In this document: one piece after another, positions 31,408 to 42,366 of the stretch
How the letters are laid out: every line of letters starts with the position of its first letter
Position numbering within the stretch: position 1 is the first letter of the stretch
Source: Vulcanisaeta sp. AZ3
Lineage (GTDB): Archaea; Thermoproteota; Thermoprotei; Thermoproteales; Thermocladiaceae
Reading direction: 5' to 3'
Assembly (NCBI GenBank): GCA_000960865.2
Contig: JZWU02000001.1
Coordinates: 1-64,000 of the forward strand
DNA length: 64,000 bases
Made by a program: the position numbers and the translations under genes
Notes under the pieces: model-generated
What the model was told of the DNA's origin: nothing
Databases searched by the model: none
Seen by the model: only the letters and a program-made list of their open reading frames with translations

Positions 31408-32612
31408 GGGGTACTGATTATTTAAGACTATCATGGAGAGCGCTTTGGGAACGTAGAGGCAGGACTATTGGAGCTATTATAGGTATTATAATAGCCATAC
31501 TAGCTCTGGGATTAGCGGTAGGTGTTGGTCAGGGCTATAGGGCATTAACCGTGGGTTTCTTCACAAGAGTCTTTGGAACGAATACAATATTCCTACTTCC
31601 TGGGCAGGGCTCGGAATTAACGATGACAGATGTAGTTGCAGTAGAGAGGTTACCACATGTAATTAATGCATTGCCCATATTACTCATACCCGCTAGGCTT
31701 AATGCAAATGGTTATTCATCCACAGTCGAGGTGATGGGAGCCACAATTGAGGAACTCGAGCAACTCTACGGCGTCACATCAATAAATAACGCCCTACTCT
31801 CCGGCTCGCCAACCCTAGCCCCTGGTGTTGCCTTAGTCGGGTATAATGTGGCCTTTACAAGCACTGGGCAGCAGATTATTCACCCTGGACAAACATTGAT
31901 ACTTAATGTCAATGGTAGGAATATAATAATGATGGTTAGCGGCATAATGCAGTCAAGTGCAATAGCCCTGGCAGGTGTTAATCCTAATAATGTCGTATTC
32001 ATCGATGAAAATACATTCCTAAGCCAACTGGACCCCTCAGGCGTTGTTGGGGGTATAATTATTTATACCGATACACCAAGCAGCATTAATTACGTACTCA
32101 ATGAGCTAAAGGCCCTATATCCTATGGATCAAGTATTAAGCCCATCTACGATACTCAGTAGCGTTAGTCAGTATTTAACCATAATGGAGGTCTTTCTAGC
32201 CTTCATTTCAGGCATAAGTTTTGTAATAATTGGTATATGGGTATTCGATACGATGATGCTTAACGTAATGCAAAGAACGAGAGAATTCGGAATTATGAGA
32301 GCTGTTGGATTCAGTGGTAAGTCAATACCACTATTATTAATAATGGAGGCCCTAATAATGGCATTGATAGGCTCGGTAATAGGCATAGTACTACTAATGA
32401 CTGTAGTTCATTTTTTATCAATGCAAAGCACCGCATTTAGTGGTTTTGGAGGATTTGGAAGGGGATTTGGAGTTACATTACCTATTGAGCTGACGCCATT
32501 TGATTATGCCCTATTATTACTACTACCAATGGCCATAAATGTAATAGCCGCATTAGCACCAGCCATAAGGGCTATGAGAGTACCACCAGCCCAAACTCTA
32601 AGATACGAGTAA
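31404..32612 (+). CDS. ABC transporter permease (MacB/FtsX-type)
   Basis: RRGRT, large extracellular loop, VMQRTREFGIMRAVG, PAIRA..PAQTLRYE. Confidence 0.92.
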   Translation: MRGTDYLRLSWRALWERRGRTIGAIIGIIIAILALGLAVGVGQGYRALTVGFFTRVFGTNTIFLLPGQGSELTMTDVVAVERLPHVINALPILLIPARLNANGYSSTVEVMGATIEELEQLYGVTSINNALLSGSPTLAPGVALVGYNVAFTSTGQQIIHPGQTLILNVNGRNIIMMVSGIMQSSAIALAGVNPNNVVFIDENTFLSQLDPSGVVGGIIIYTDTPSSINYVLNELKALYPMDQVLSPSTILSSVSQYLTIMEVFLAFISGISFVIIGIWVFDTMMLNVMQRTREFGIMRAVGFSGKSIPLLLIMEALIMALIGSVIGIVLLMTVVHFLSMQSTAFSGFGGFGRGFGVTLPIELTPFDYALLLLLPMAINVIAALAPAIRAMRVPPAQTLRYE

Positions 32613-32669
32613 TAAAAATAAATATGTCACGATTTTATAATATTTAGCTTTGAATAGTGCACCCCTAGT

Positions 32670-34175
32670 TTATTCTGGTGGTATTTCAGTGTATATTAGC
32701 GATATGTCTATACCTCTCCTCAGGTTTATGTATTTGGCTATGCCGTAGATTAGGGCACCAAGTCCTATTAATCCGAGTACATAGGCTAGCCCTGGATAGT
32801 ATGGTTGAAGTGGGGTTAGTGATCCTATTACGCCGAAGTATGGGTTTGTGAATGCCTCATAACCGAGAAGTACTAGGGGTATTAGTGAGAGTATTGCTGC
32901 TATAAGCATTCCTTTGTTTCCTTCCTTCTTAGCCGCTCTTATGCCTGCTATGGAGACTAGTACTAAGTAGATTATGGCTAGGGGTGTATAGCTATAGAGT
33001 GCTTCGTAGCCGTTGGGGCTTATTATTGGGAATAGTAGGAAGAAGGCTGTGGCGGCTAGGTCAAGGAGGTGGGCATACATTGGTGAACCCCACTTATTAA
33101 GTCTCGAGAATATCTCCGGGAATAGGCGGTCGAAGGAGAAGGCGAAGATGTAGCGTGCGAAGACCACTATTCCGAAGGATATTACGAAGAGTTCCCAGGC
33201 TATTAGGCCTAGGCCTATGAACCATTGGAGGGCTTCGTTGTGGGCTAGGTAGATGGTTACTGTCCAGAAGTTGTATATTTGGGTTGGGTAGTAGGTCATG
33301 TTGAATTTGTAGCCTGCGGCTAGGTCCATGAGTAGGAATGGTATTGTTATGAAAATCACTGTGAGTAGGCTGCCTAAGATTTCATTGTAGAGCAAGCCCT
33401 TCCTAGTCCTTATCTCGGCACTAACTGCAGGTCCTGCGTATAGCCATATGTAGGCGAAGGAGGCTAGGTAGGGTACCATGTATAGTGTTGAGTATAGGTT
33501 AAACATGGGTCCTCTGTATGGTTTTTGGTTTGTTAGGTTGAAGTACTTGAGGAATGGTGTTATTTCTTGGTGGAAGTTTGGTATTGATAAGCCTAGGATG
33601 ATCATGGCAGTTAATGTACCGACCATGGCGAGTATACCTAGGGCTGTTGTGAGTTTAAAGCCTGCGCTTGGTCTTACTATATTCACGATTAGCATTGCCG
33701 TGAATGCAACCAACGCCAGAGCATAATCAAACCACACATTGCTTGTAGTAAATACTGTATTCGCGAGGTTAATTATATCGTTTAGTCCGTGGGAGTATCC
33801 TATTACGAGGAGTACGTTATTAATTGCCGTCACTGAGAAGAAGGCTGATAGGGCGAAGAAGGGTGGCATGTTGAAGGCTAGGGCTATCCCCATTATTGAA
33901 CCAATACTGCCATGCAGCTTCCTCGTAAGCCAAACATAATCTCCGCCGGTTCTGGGTATTCTGATTATGAAGTATGTGTAGAGGAGTGCTAGGGGTAGTG
34001 TGAGGATGAAGGTTATTAGACTAGCTAACCAAAGTACAGCACCGGGTATTATGAAGGGGCTTATGCCAATAAATATTGCCAAACCAGCACCCATATTAGC
34101 TACGTTAAGCATTGTAGCATCCAAGAGGGATGCCTTTTTGACTAAGCCAGAACTTTGTCTAACGAAGAGGGACAT
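32670..34175 (-). CDS. APC-family amino acid permease
   Basis: [10 protein letters not shown] start, [23 protein letters not shown], about 12 TM; ATG 34175 preferred. Confidence 0.9.
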   Translation of the reverse strand: MSLFVRQSSGLVKKASLLDATMLNVANMGAGLAIFIGISPFIIPGAVLWLASLITFILTLPLALLYTYFIIRIPRTGGDYVWLTRKLHGSIGSIMGIALAFNMPPFFALSAFFSVTAINNVLLVIGYSHGLNDIINLANTVFTTSNVWFDYALALVAFTAMLIVNIVRPSAGFKLTTALGILAMVGTLTAMIILGLSIPNFHQEITPFLKYFNLTNQKPYRGPMFNLYSTLYMVPYLASFAYIWLYAGPAVSAEIRTRKGLLYNEILGSLLTVIFITIPFLLMDLAAGYKFNMTYYPTQIYNFWTVTIYLAHNEALQWFIGLGLIAWELFVISFGIVVFARYIFAFSFDRLFPEIFSRLNKWGSPMYAHLLDLAATAFFLLFPIISPNGYEALYSYTPLAIIYLVLVSIAGIRAAKKEGNKGMLIAAILSLIPLVLLGYEAFTNPYFGVIGSLTPLQPYYPGLAYVLGLIGLGALIYGIAKYINLRRGIDISLIYTEIPPE

Positions 34176-34376
34176 TGGCCCTCCTAGGCTTGGTACAGCC
34201 TTAATACTGTATACTTGCAAAACAATTCCTAAACTGTGAAGGGGGCTTTCGTATTAGTAATGCAAGAATTGCCATGATAGAATAGGAATAAATTAGGTGT
34301 GTGTCGTTAATGTTGTGTCGTTTGCAGGCACTATTTAAGGCGAATATCATTGTTAGTGTTATGTTTTATTCATAAT

Positions 34377-35753
34377 TTATGATGTTAGGTCTCCAGTTGT
34401 TATTTCGAGGGGCTTTCCCTTAGGTTCCTTTATGAGCAATGTGAATATTATACCGACCACTGCAACCGCCACGAGGGCAAAGAGCAAGTCTGACATTATT
34501 ACGTACTTAGCTGCCGTACTTAAGTGTGGGTTTGTTATTGGGAAGAGTATTGGTATTAATAAAGCTGCTATGGTAGCTCCAAGCTTACCACTACCTGCCG
34601 CGATTCCATGCCCGGTGCTTCTATATTTTGTTGGAAAGACCTCGGTGGGTATTATGAATGTTGTCACGTTGGGGCCCACGTTCGTGAAGAACTGGGCAAT
34701 GCCGTATAGGGCTAGTATTACTGCTGGTATTATTAATCCATTTCTAAGTAGTATTGCGGTTATTAAATAAGCTATGGCCACCATAGAGAAACCTAATATC
34801 TGCATTGTCCTCCTACCCATTTTATCAACTAGAAATGCTGCTACGTAGTAACCCGGCACAAGGAATGCTAGAACTACGTATAGCTGAGTGTAAATACCAC
34901 TTAATGGATTGCCAGCGAGGCCTAGGGATGACGTGACGAAGGGGCCGAAGATATTCATACCGTAGAAGAATACATCAAGTGCGAACCAGGGGATTGCCGT
35001 GGCTAGTATTGTTAGTATGTACTTAGTGAGACTTACGCTATTATTTACGGCCTGTGGTTCTATATCGACGTCCGCTTTTAATACATCCTTCATAGCCTTG
35101 CGCACACCCTCGCTATTCTTTCTAACGAAGTACTCAAACCTGGGTGTCTCATGAATCCTACGTCTGAAATAAATGACGAGGGCTGGAAATACAGCGCCGG
35201 CACCAAGCAATATCCTCCAGGCCAAGTCTGGATTAATTCCAGCATACATTAAACCAATGCCTAGCAATGCAGCTGTAACTATTCCCCAACCCTGCATTGA
35301 GAAAACGCCAGCAACAAAGAGGCCGCGGCTTTTAGCTGGGGAGTACTCGCTCATTAATGTCGCACTTATTGGGTAGTCGCCGCCAACGCCTAGGCCTAGG
35401 ATTAGTCTTGTTATCCATAGCATGGTTGGGTTTATGGAGAGAGCTGAGGCTATGGCGCCTGCTGTGAGTATGGATGCTTCAACACCGTATATGTACTTAC
35501 GCCCAAATATGTCGCCAATCCTACCAAATATGAAGGGGCCGATTACAGCTCCGAAGAGGGCGGCCGAGGCTATTAGGCTTATTTCCGTGCTCGTTAAATC
35601 CCAAATTTTCTGTAGGAATACTAGGGCTATTGATATTGCAAAGAGGTCGTAGGCATCTGCAAAGAAACCTGCGCCAGAGATCAATAACAACTTTACATGG
35701 GCTTTGGTAGGTCTTGCTTGATCTAGTGGTTCAAAGGGTAACTTACTCGGCAT
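34377..35753 (-). CDS. MFS transporter, phosphate:H+ symporter (Pho84-like)
   Basis: GAGFFADAYDLF, GDIFGRK, GGDYPISATLMSE, GPNVTTFIIP.E.FPT..RSTGHGIAAGSGK. Confidence 0.88.
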   Translation of the reverse strand: MPSKLPFEPLDQARPTKAHVKLLLISGAGFFADAYDLFAISIALVFLQKIWDLTSTEISLIASAALFGAVIGPFIFGRIGDIFGRKYIYGVEASILTAGAIASALSINPTMLWITRLILGLGVGGDYPISATLMSEYSPAKSRGLFVAGVFSMQGWGIVTAALLGIGLMYAGINPDLAWRILLGAGAVFPALVIYFRRRIHETPRFEYFVRKNSEGVRKAMKDVLKADVDIEPQAVNNSVSLTKYILTILATAIPWFALDVFFYGMNIFGPFVTSSLGLAGNPLSGIYTQLYVVLAFLVPGYYVAAFLVDKMGRRTMQILGFSMVAIAYLITAILLRNGLIIPAVILALYGIAQFFTNVGPNVTTFIIPTEVFPTKYRSTGHGIAAGSGKLGATIAALLIPILFPITNPHLSTAAKYVIMSDLLFALVAVAVVGIIFTLLIKEPKGKPLEITTGDLTS

Positions 35754-35889
35754 TGTGTACCGTGGAATTAAAGTTCTAATAGGGTTTTTGTCTGTAAAGT
35801 ACTTATCATATATAGTAGTATATACTTTATTATTTGACGATGCTTCGTGGTGGCAAATTTTTATTAATTGCAGTTAGGCCTTGTGGGCG

Positions 35890-36483
35890 ATGCCTGTAAT
35901 AGACCTAAATCAAGTAGACCTTAGGACGCTAACACCCGATCAATTAGACTGGAGGAAATTCGTATTACCAAGTGACCACCCAATGAGAGTTATTAGGATT
36001 GAGAAAGTAATTGCCAACATAGGCGTTGGCAAAAGTGGAGAACCCCTAGAAAAGGCTGCAAAAGTCCTCGAGGAGCTCACTCAGCAGAAGCCAAGTTATA
36101 GATTAGCGAAGAGGTCAATAAAGGATTGGGATATTAGGAAGGGTGAACCGATAGGTGTTGCTGTTACCCTGAGGAGGAATAAGGCTGTTTGGTTTCTTCT
36201 TAGGGCTTTGACTGCTGTGGATTTCACACTTAGGGAGAGCTGCTTTGATGATTGGGGTAATGTGGCTTTTGGAATTAGGGAGCACATAGTCATACCCGGC
36301 ACTAAGTATGACCCAGCAATTGGTGTTTGGGGTATGAATGTGGTCACAGTACTAGCAAGGCCGGGGCTTAGGGTTATGTATAGGCGTAGGGCTAGACATG
36401 ATGTTGGCAGGAGTCAGAGGGTTTCGAAGGCAGAGGCTATGAAGTTTTTCGAGGAGGTTCTTGGCGTCAAAATAGTTAAATAG
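35890..36483 (+). CDS. rpl5: 50S ribosomal protein L5 (uL5)
   Basis: PMR..IEKVIANIGVG, GEPIGVAVTLR, FDDWGNVAFGIREH, YDPAIGVWGM. Confidence 0.95.
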   Translation: MPVIDLNQVDLRTLTPDQLDWRKFVLPSDHPMRVIRIEKVIANIGVGKSGEPLEKAAKVLEELTQQKPSYRLAKRSIKDWDIRKGEPIGVAVTLRRNKAVWFLLRALTAVDFTLRESCFDDWGNVAFGIREHIVIPGTKYDPAIGVWGMNVVTVLARPGLRVMYRRRARHDVGRSQRVSKAEAMKFFEEVLGVKIVK

Positions 36484-36504
36484 GTTTCCCCCGCTGGTTT
36501 AATA

Positions 36505-37032
36505 GTGTCCTCATGGGATGAGTTAATTAAGAGCGTTGGTTCAGTTAGTAGTATTAGGGAGTTATTTGTAAAAGCTAAGGATTTAGGGCTCAATGTTGCC
36601 GAGCTTATGAATAATTACCTAAGAACTGAACCCTTATTTAACTTCGTAGGTCTCGAATTCCTAGAAATAAGTGATGGCTTCGTCAGGGCTAGGTTTCCAT
36701 ACAAGAGGGAGATCCTTAGACGCGGTGGTATGGTTCACGGCGGCGTGATAATGACCGTGATAGATACGGTTCTCGGAACTGCAGTCATGACTATTAATGA
36801 TGGTGTTGATCAATATACCGCCGAACTCAAGGTTCACTTCCTTGAGCCATTAATTAATGGTCCATTCACTGTGGATGGTAAGGTTATTAGGGCAGGTAGA
36901 TATTTGGCCGTTGCAGAGGCCCAGGTCTATGATGCTAATAATAGGCTCTGCGCTCTTGGAGTGGGGACATGGTTCATGGTAAAGAATAGAAATAAGCAGG
37001 TGAGCGGTGGTAATGATCATGGATCAAGTTAA
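36505..37032 (+). CDS. PaaI-family thioesterase
   Basis: GMVHGGVIMTVID, TAELKVHFLEP. Confidence 0.9.
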   Translation: MSSWDELIKSVGSVSSIRELFVKAKDLGLNVAELMNNYLRTEPLFNFVGLEFLEISDGFVRARFPYKREILRRGGMVHGGVIMTVIDTVLGTAVMTINDGVDQYTAELKVHFLEPLINGPFTVDGKVIRAGRYLAVAEAQVYDANNRLCALGVGTWFMVKNRNKQVSGGNDHGSS

Positions 37033-37039
37033 GGTGTAA

Positions 37040-38113
37040 TTGTTTATGGTTAGGGTCCTGGACCTAACGAGGTTATACCCAGGGGGCTTAGCCACAAGGT
37101 TTCTGGTGGACCTGGGTTTTGAGGTTATTAAGATTGAGGATGCGGAGATTGGTGATTACCTAAGGGATATATCACCACTCCTCTTTGAATGGTTAAATAC
37201 GGGCAAGAAGAGCGTAGCCCTAAATCTAAAGAGTGATAGGGGTAGGGAGGTGTTTTATGAGTTAGTTAAGAGAAGTGATATTGTGATTGAGGGGTTCAGA
37301 CCTGGGATAGCTAAGAGGTTGGGTGTTGATTATGAGACCCTTAAGGATATTAATAGGGGGATTATTTACTGCTCGATAAATGGTTATGGTAGTTACGGAC
37401 CATATAGTCAATTGCCAAATCACGACATAAACTGCGCAGGCATTGCAGGACTTCTAGATCCAAACCTATACATGGATAATGCACCAAAGACACCAATAGC
37501 TCAGATTGCTGATGTTGGGTCAGCATTGCTTTGCGTTATTGGTGTGTTAGGTAGGCTGTTAGTGGGTAATGGTGGTTTTGTTGAGGTCTCAATGATGGAG
37601 GCGGCCTTATTATTCAATACATTAAATATGGCAATGGTTCTTGAAGGTCGAGAACCAACATTAACAGGTAAATACCCGTTTTATAACGTGTATAGGTGTA
37701 AGGATGGTTATATAACAATCGGGGCCATTGAGGAAAAGTTCTGGCAAGGTTTATGTAAGGCCTTAAATCGTGAGGACCTAATCAATAGACAATATGACAA
37801 GAACGCAATTGAGGAGTTAGAGAGGGAGTTTGGTAGGTACACAATTAATGAAGCATTAAAACTACTCTGGAGTTACGATGTACCCGCCGCGCCAGTGAAC
37901 ACCATAACAAGCCTAAACAACGACCCCCAACTCAAAGCTAGAGGGTATAATCAAGGCTTTCTAAACCCAATAATCATAAATGGAACCAGACCAATAAGCA
38001 TGGGCAGGGCACCGAGGAGGGGAGAACATACAGTAGAGATTCTTAGGGAGGTTGGTTTAAGTGATTATGAAATTAATGAATTAATAAAGAACGGTGTAGT
38101 GGGAATTAGTTAA
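37040..38113 (+). CDS. CoA-transferase family III (CaiB/BaiF)
   Basis: VLDLTRLYPG, GKKSVALNLK, EGFRPG..RLGVDYE, GYG..GPY, QIADVG. Confidence 0.92.
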   Translation: MFMVRVLDLTRLYPGGLATRFLVDLGFEVIKIEDAEIGDYLRDISPLLFEWLNTGKKSVALNLKSDRGREVFYELVKRSDIVIEGFRPGIAKRLGVDYETLKDINRGIIYCSINGYGSYGPYSQLPNHDINCAGIAGLLDPNLYMDNAPKTPIAQIADVGSALLCVIGVLGRLLVGNGGFVEVSMMEAALLFNTLNMAMVLEGREPTLTGKYPFYNVYRCKDGYITIGAIEEKFWQGLCKALNREDLINRQYDKNAIEELEREFGRYTINEALKLLWSYDVPAAPVNTITSLNNDPQLKARGYNQGFLNPIIINGTRPISMGRAPRRGEHTVEILREVGLSDYEINELIKNGVVGIS

Positions 38114-38140
38114 CTAAAGCCTAACATTCACGGTAATGGC

Positions 38141-38698
38141 TTATCGTTTAGGAAATATAGAATTACATGAAACCACACCTTTAGCGAGTTCATCAATGAA
38201 TCTGGTGTATTCCTCATAAACATCTGCAATCCACGTGTTAATTCCCTTGAAGTAGGTGGGTTTGGAATTTATTAATTCACGTAACTCATCATTAGACAGC
38301 TTATTTACGTAATAACATGGATCCTTAAGTAATAATACTCTACGATATTCCCTCGCCATCTCCTGAGTTACTGGTGTGCCCTCAATACCATCAACATACT
38401 TAAGGTAATGCTCCACATCATTTAACGAAACATGATTTACATACCCCCTACGTACCCACTCATCAACTACTGCGTAAAAATAATTAACTAAATCATTTAT
38501 GTATGGCTTCCCATCATTAAAATACATGAGCACTATCGGATGATTCAACCAACCCTTCCTGCCATCATTTATAATACCTAGTTTTCTCAGTATTGCCAAT
38601 ACTACTTGCTTCGCCTCAACTCGCTGCTTTCCAAGCCTTAAATTGTCGAGAAATCTCGCTGACATTTCATGATCTATGTACGGGCGAAATATCTGCAT
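38141..38698 (-). CDS. Pyrimidine-dimer DNA glycosylase/T4 endonuclease V-like family protein
   Basis: MQIFRPY..SARFLD..RLGKQRVE, GWLNHP, EWVRRGY, LLLKDP.YY. Confidence 0.78.
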   Translation of the reverse strand: MQIFRPYIDHEMSARFLDNLRLGKQRVEAKQVVLAILRKLGIINDGRKGWLNHPIVLMYFNDGKPYINDLVNYFYAVVDEWVRRGYVNHVSLNDVEHYLKYVDGIEGTPVTQEMAREYRRVLLLKDPCYYVNKLSNDELRELINSKPTYFKGINTWIADVYEEYTRFIDELAKGVVSCNSIFPKR

Positions 38699-38891
38699 GG
38701 ATTATATTAACGGTAGTTATCACCTTAAAAGTTATTTAATAATTATGAATGATGGCAGATGAGGTAGTCTTAAAAAAGGTGTTCATTTCGGAACCATGTA
38801 TGCTAATGAATAGACAGAACCTAAGGTACATTTACATAATTCATAAATTACAAAAGAGAGATCCTGGAATACGCGGTGGGGGTGATGCATC

Positions 38892-40361
38892 ATGCTAATA
38901 CAGAGTGACCCCATATTAATTTCCTCATTAATAATACCATTAATAGCGGCCATAATAGCCTCATTCGTGGGAAAGAGAGTTGCAGCCATATTGAGTTCGG
39001 TCTCGTTTTTACCCATAGTTATTTATTCAATATATGGCATTGCCGCCGGCTTAGACTACTTAGTACCCATTGGTGCATTGCCCAGACCCATCGGCATGAT
39101 TTATTTAATTAATGACGGTTTAAGCAACGCCTTTGGTTTTGCAATAGCCTTGATTTCTCTAACTATATCGATAGTTTCTTATCCATACATGGAACATAGG
39201 TTTAAGGTTCTTGGAATACCTGAACAATTCAATATATACTATCTACTCTTCACCCTATGTGGAATTTCAATGCTCTGGATAGTCTACGCATATAACTTAA
39301 TACTCATGTACATCGGCATTGAAGTGTCTCTCATAGCCTCATTCCTCCTAATATACTTCTACGGGTATGATGGGTTCGGGAAGACCAGGAGATGGATTGG
39401 AACACTTTACTTCGTATATACCCACATAGCTAGCGTCCTATTCCTAGTTGGTGCAGTTGTCCTAGCCCTATATGCAAACACCATGAATCTATACGCCATT
39501 AAGTACATACCACCACTAGCCTGGGCTCTAATGTTCATAGGCCTACTCATTAAGTTACCAAGCTATGGACCGCACGTCTGGTTACCGTGGGCTCATGGTA
39601 TGCACCCCACACCCGTGGCAGCCCTGATAATATCAGTGGTAGGCCTGTCCGCCTACATACTCGCCAGGCTCTACTTAATATCGCCATATTTCATTAATAT
39701 GTATAGAGTACCAATACTGGCCTATGCAATAATCGGTGGAGTATTAACAGGATTGGGAGTATTTAGGCATAGATTCCATTACAAGTGGTTGCTTGCCTAC
39801 TCCACAGTAGCCAATATGGCATACTTACTGGCAGGACTTGCCGTTGGTGTCTACGGAATTGTCGGCTTAACTCTCCACTTCATAGCACATCAGTTCGGTA
39901 AGGCTGTGCTCTTCATGACTGCAGGAGCCATAATAGCCTATTATGATGTTACAGATGTGGATGACATGGGTGGTTTACAGACGTACATGCCCTCTGTCGG
40001 CGCTGCGGCATTACTTGGTTGGATGGCCCTCTCGGGAATATTCACTGTGGCTTTGCTCGGTGAGTTCTACATATTCCTAGGACTAATAGATACCCTGGGA
40101 TTTAGCCTAAGTACACTCTGGGCCTTCGCAGGCCTTGCCTTCATGTTCATACTCACTGGCTACTACGGATTCTGGGCCTTGAAGCAGGTATTCTATGGGC
40201 AGCCACGTAAGCAGTATGAGAAGGTTAAGGTGGATCCTAAGTTTGTGGTGCCACTCTACGTGTTGGGGCTTGCTGCTGTGATATTGTTATTCCCACCTGC
40301 ATCAACATCATTAATAGGTTCAATACTTAAGGCAATAAGTACGGTGATGGGGCATGTATGA
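38892..40361 (+). CDS. NuoM-like proton-translocating membrane subunit
   Basis: About 14 TM, IKLP..PHVWLPWAH, LAYST, KAVLFM.AG. Confidence 0.85.
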   Translation: MLIQSDPILISSLIIPLIAAIIASFVGKRVAAILSSVSFLPIVIYSIYGIAAGLDYLVPIGALPRPIGMIYLINDGLSNAFGFAIALISLTISIVSYPYMEHRFKVLGIPEQFNIYYLLFTLCGISMLWIVYAYNLILMYIGIEVSLIASFLLIYFYGYDGFGKTRRWIGTLYFVYTHIASVLFLVGAVVLALYANTMNLYAIKYIPPLAWALMFIGLLIKLPSYGPHVWLPWAHGMHPTPVAALIISVVGLSAYILARLYLISPYFINMYRVPILAYAIIGGVLTGLGVFRHRFHYKWLLAYSTVANMAYLLAGLAVGVYGIVGLTLHFIAHQFGKAVLFMTAGAIIAYYDVTDVDDMGGLQTYMPSVGAAALLGWMALSGIFTVALLGEFYIFLGLIDTLGFSLSTLWAFAGLAFMFILTGYYGFWALKQVFYGQPRKQYEKVKVDPKFVVPLYVLGLAAVILLFPPASTSLIGSILKAISTVMGHV

Positions 40362-42357
40362 GCAAACATTATCAACACTAATGGGATTAATGCTAATACT
40401 ACCAGTAGTATTAGCATCACCAATAGCTGTGTATTGGCTATTCGTACAGGAACCACGTAGGGCAAGATCCCTCACCTACCTAGCTGTGGCAGGGCTTGGT
40501 ATATCAGCCGTAGTATCCACCTACATAGCAGTTACTTTTCCACTCAGGTCTGTGGTTTACTCAGCGCCGTGGATAGTAATACCGAGTATAGATGGCGTGC
40601 CGGGCTTCACAATAGAGGTCTCCTTCATAGTTGACTTTCTGAGTAGGTATATGGGTTTACTCACTGCCTGGCTAGCGTTCATAATAGGTGTCTACAGCCT
40701 TGACTACCTGAGGGATGATTATAGGCTTGGTTGGTTCTGGTTCTTCTACAACCTCTTCGCAGCCTCCATGTTATTAACGGTGTATTCTAATGACTTGCTC
40801 CTAATGTTCATAGGTTGGGAGGGCCTTGGATTTAGTTCCTGGGCCTTAATAGGGCATTGGTATAAGGATGATGATGAGTTATCCTACGTAGGTAAATACG
40901 GTGATAAATTAATACTAAATAAGCCAGCCTGGACAACACCATCCTACGCAGCCTATAGAGCAATAGCAACCATAAGGTTTGGAGATATACCAATGCTTGG
41001 ATCCATAGCCGCCATAGCTGTGCTAGGTGCATTAAGTGGTGCAGCTACGCCTCTCGAATTCACCTCAATACCCTGGTCATACATAATATCGAAGATCGGG
41101 GTTGGGGGTACAGTGGCATTGCTATTAGCCTTCATGCTTGGGCCATACACAAAGTCTGCTCAAGTACCGTTCAACGATTGGTTGCTCACGGCTATGACAG
41201 GCCCAACATCAGTCTCAGCACTGCTTCACTCAGCAACTATGGTTGCTGCTGGTGTTTACATATTCATGAGGCTTACCGAATCCCTCTATTTTGCCCATGT
41301 ACTAAGTAGTGTGGGTGTTGAGATTGTGTACTTAGTTACTGTGTACATAGGATTGTTAACAGCACTCCTAGGTGCATTATTTGCCACGATGATTGATGAA
41401 AGGAAGGTCATACTCGCAGGCTCCACAATGTCGTCCCTAGGCTTCATGATGGGTGTAACAGCCCTAACCCCATTCTTACCAGAGGTAGTTACTGTGGGCA
41501 TGTATATTGTGCCGTTAGCGGTTCTCGTAGCTTTCTCGTACTTAATAATCCATGCCCTAGCCAAGGCAACTTTATTCCTCGTAAGTGGTCACTTAATACA
41601 TGAGACTCACTCTAGGTTTAACATGGGTGATTTAGAGCTTGGCAGGAAGATGAAGGCTGCCTTCTACGCAGCCTTGGCAGCCGCGGTATCATTGGGTGGT
41701 GTACCGCCCTTAGCTGGTTATTGGGTTCACGCTGCTATGGATGAGGTGGCTACAAGTACGATATCCATCGTTGGTTATGGCGCATACATATTAATGTTAC
41801 TGGCAAGCCTTGCCTATGTAGCTTTCCTATCCAGGTTCGTATCTCTGAACTTCATTAAGGGTGAGAAGCCCCATGTCCATGAAGAACACGAGAAATTCCC
41901 CTTAATGGTTATTGCGTACGTACTCACCGGCACAGTGGCACTTGCGGCTCTGGCGATACCCTTCACTCTCGTTCCGAAGGTGTTCTTAAGCGCTGGCGTT
42001 GATCCTATAGTCATTGCAATAGGTATTGTTCTTTGGATTATATTTGTAGTGGCTTTAATAAAGCCGAGAGTTGGTAACCTAGGCCTTATAACGAAGATCT
42101 TCGAAAGAAGATATTACCTACAGGCATTTATGGATGTTGTGCTCTCAGGCTTTGGATATGCACTTACGCTTGCAGCCTTTTACATATATAAGGGCTTTGA
42201 CATACTCTTTGACTTCATAATACCAGACTCCTTCACGGCCTTGTCTAGGTACATAAGATCGATACAAAGAGGTTACTTAAGAACGTACTTGGAGATGCTA
42301 TTAGTTGCCTTAGTCGTGGTTATATTAATAATATTAATTATAATATCGTTACTATAG
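40354..42357 (+). CDS. nuoL: NuoL-like proton-translocating membrane subunit
   Basis: FIGWEGLG, KSAQVPF..WL..AMTGPTSVSALLHSATMVAAGVY, HALAKATLF. Confidence 0.88.
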   Translation: MYEQTLSTLMGLMLILPVVLASPIAVYWLFVQEPRRARSLTYLAVAGLGISAVVSTYIAVTFPLRSVVYSAPWIVIPSIDGVPGFTIEVSFIVDFLSRYMGLLTAWLAFIIGVYSLDYLRDDYRLGWFWFFYNLFAASMLLTVYSNDLLLMFIGWEGLGFSSWALIGHWYKDDDELSYVGKYGDKLILNKPAWTTPSYAAYRAIATIRFGDIPMLGSIAAIAVLGALSGAATPLEFTSIPWSYIISKIGVGGTVALLLAFMLGPYTKSAQVPFNDWLLTAMTGPTSVSALLHSATMVAAGVYIFMRLTESLYFAHVLSSVGVEIVYLVTVYIGLLTALLGALFATMIDERKVILAGSTMSSLGFMMGVTALTPFLPEVVTVGMYIVPLAVLVAFSYLIIHALAKATLFLVSGHLIHETHSRFNMGDLELGRKMKAAFYAALAAAVSLGGVPPLAGYWVHAAMDEVATSTISIVGYGAYILMLLASLAYVAFLSRFVSLNFIKGEKPHVHEEHEKFPLMVIAYVLTGTVALAALAIPFTLVPKVFLSAGVDPIVIAIGIVLWIIFVVALIKPRVGNLGLITKIFERRYYLQAFMDVVLSGFGYALTLAAFYIYKGFDILFDFIIPDSFTALSRYIRSIQRGYLRTYLEMLLVALVVVILIILIIISLL

Positions 42358-42366
42358 AGAATAGGG

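Noticed and set aside
35890-36483. rpl5 outside a ribosomal protein operon
   Set aside because: Dispersed ribosomal protein genes are expected in Thermoproteales
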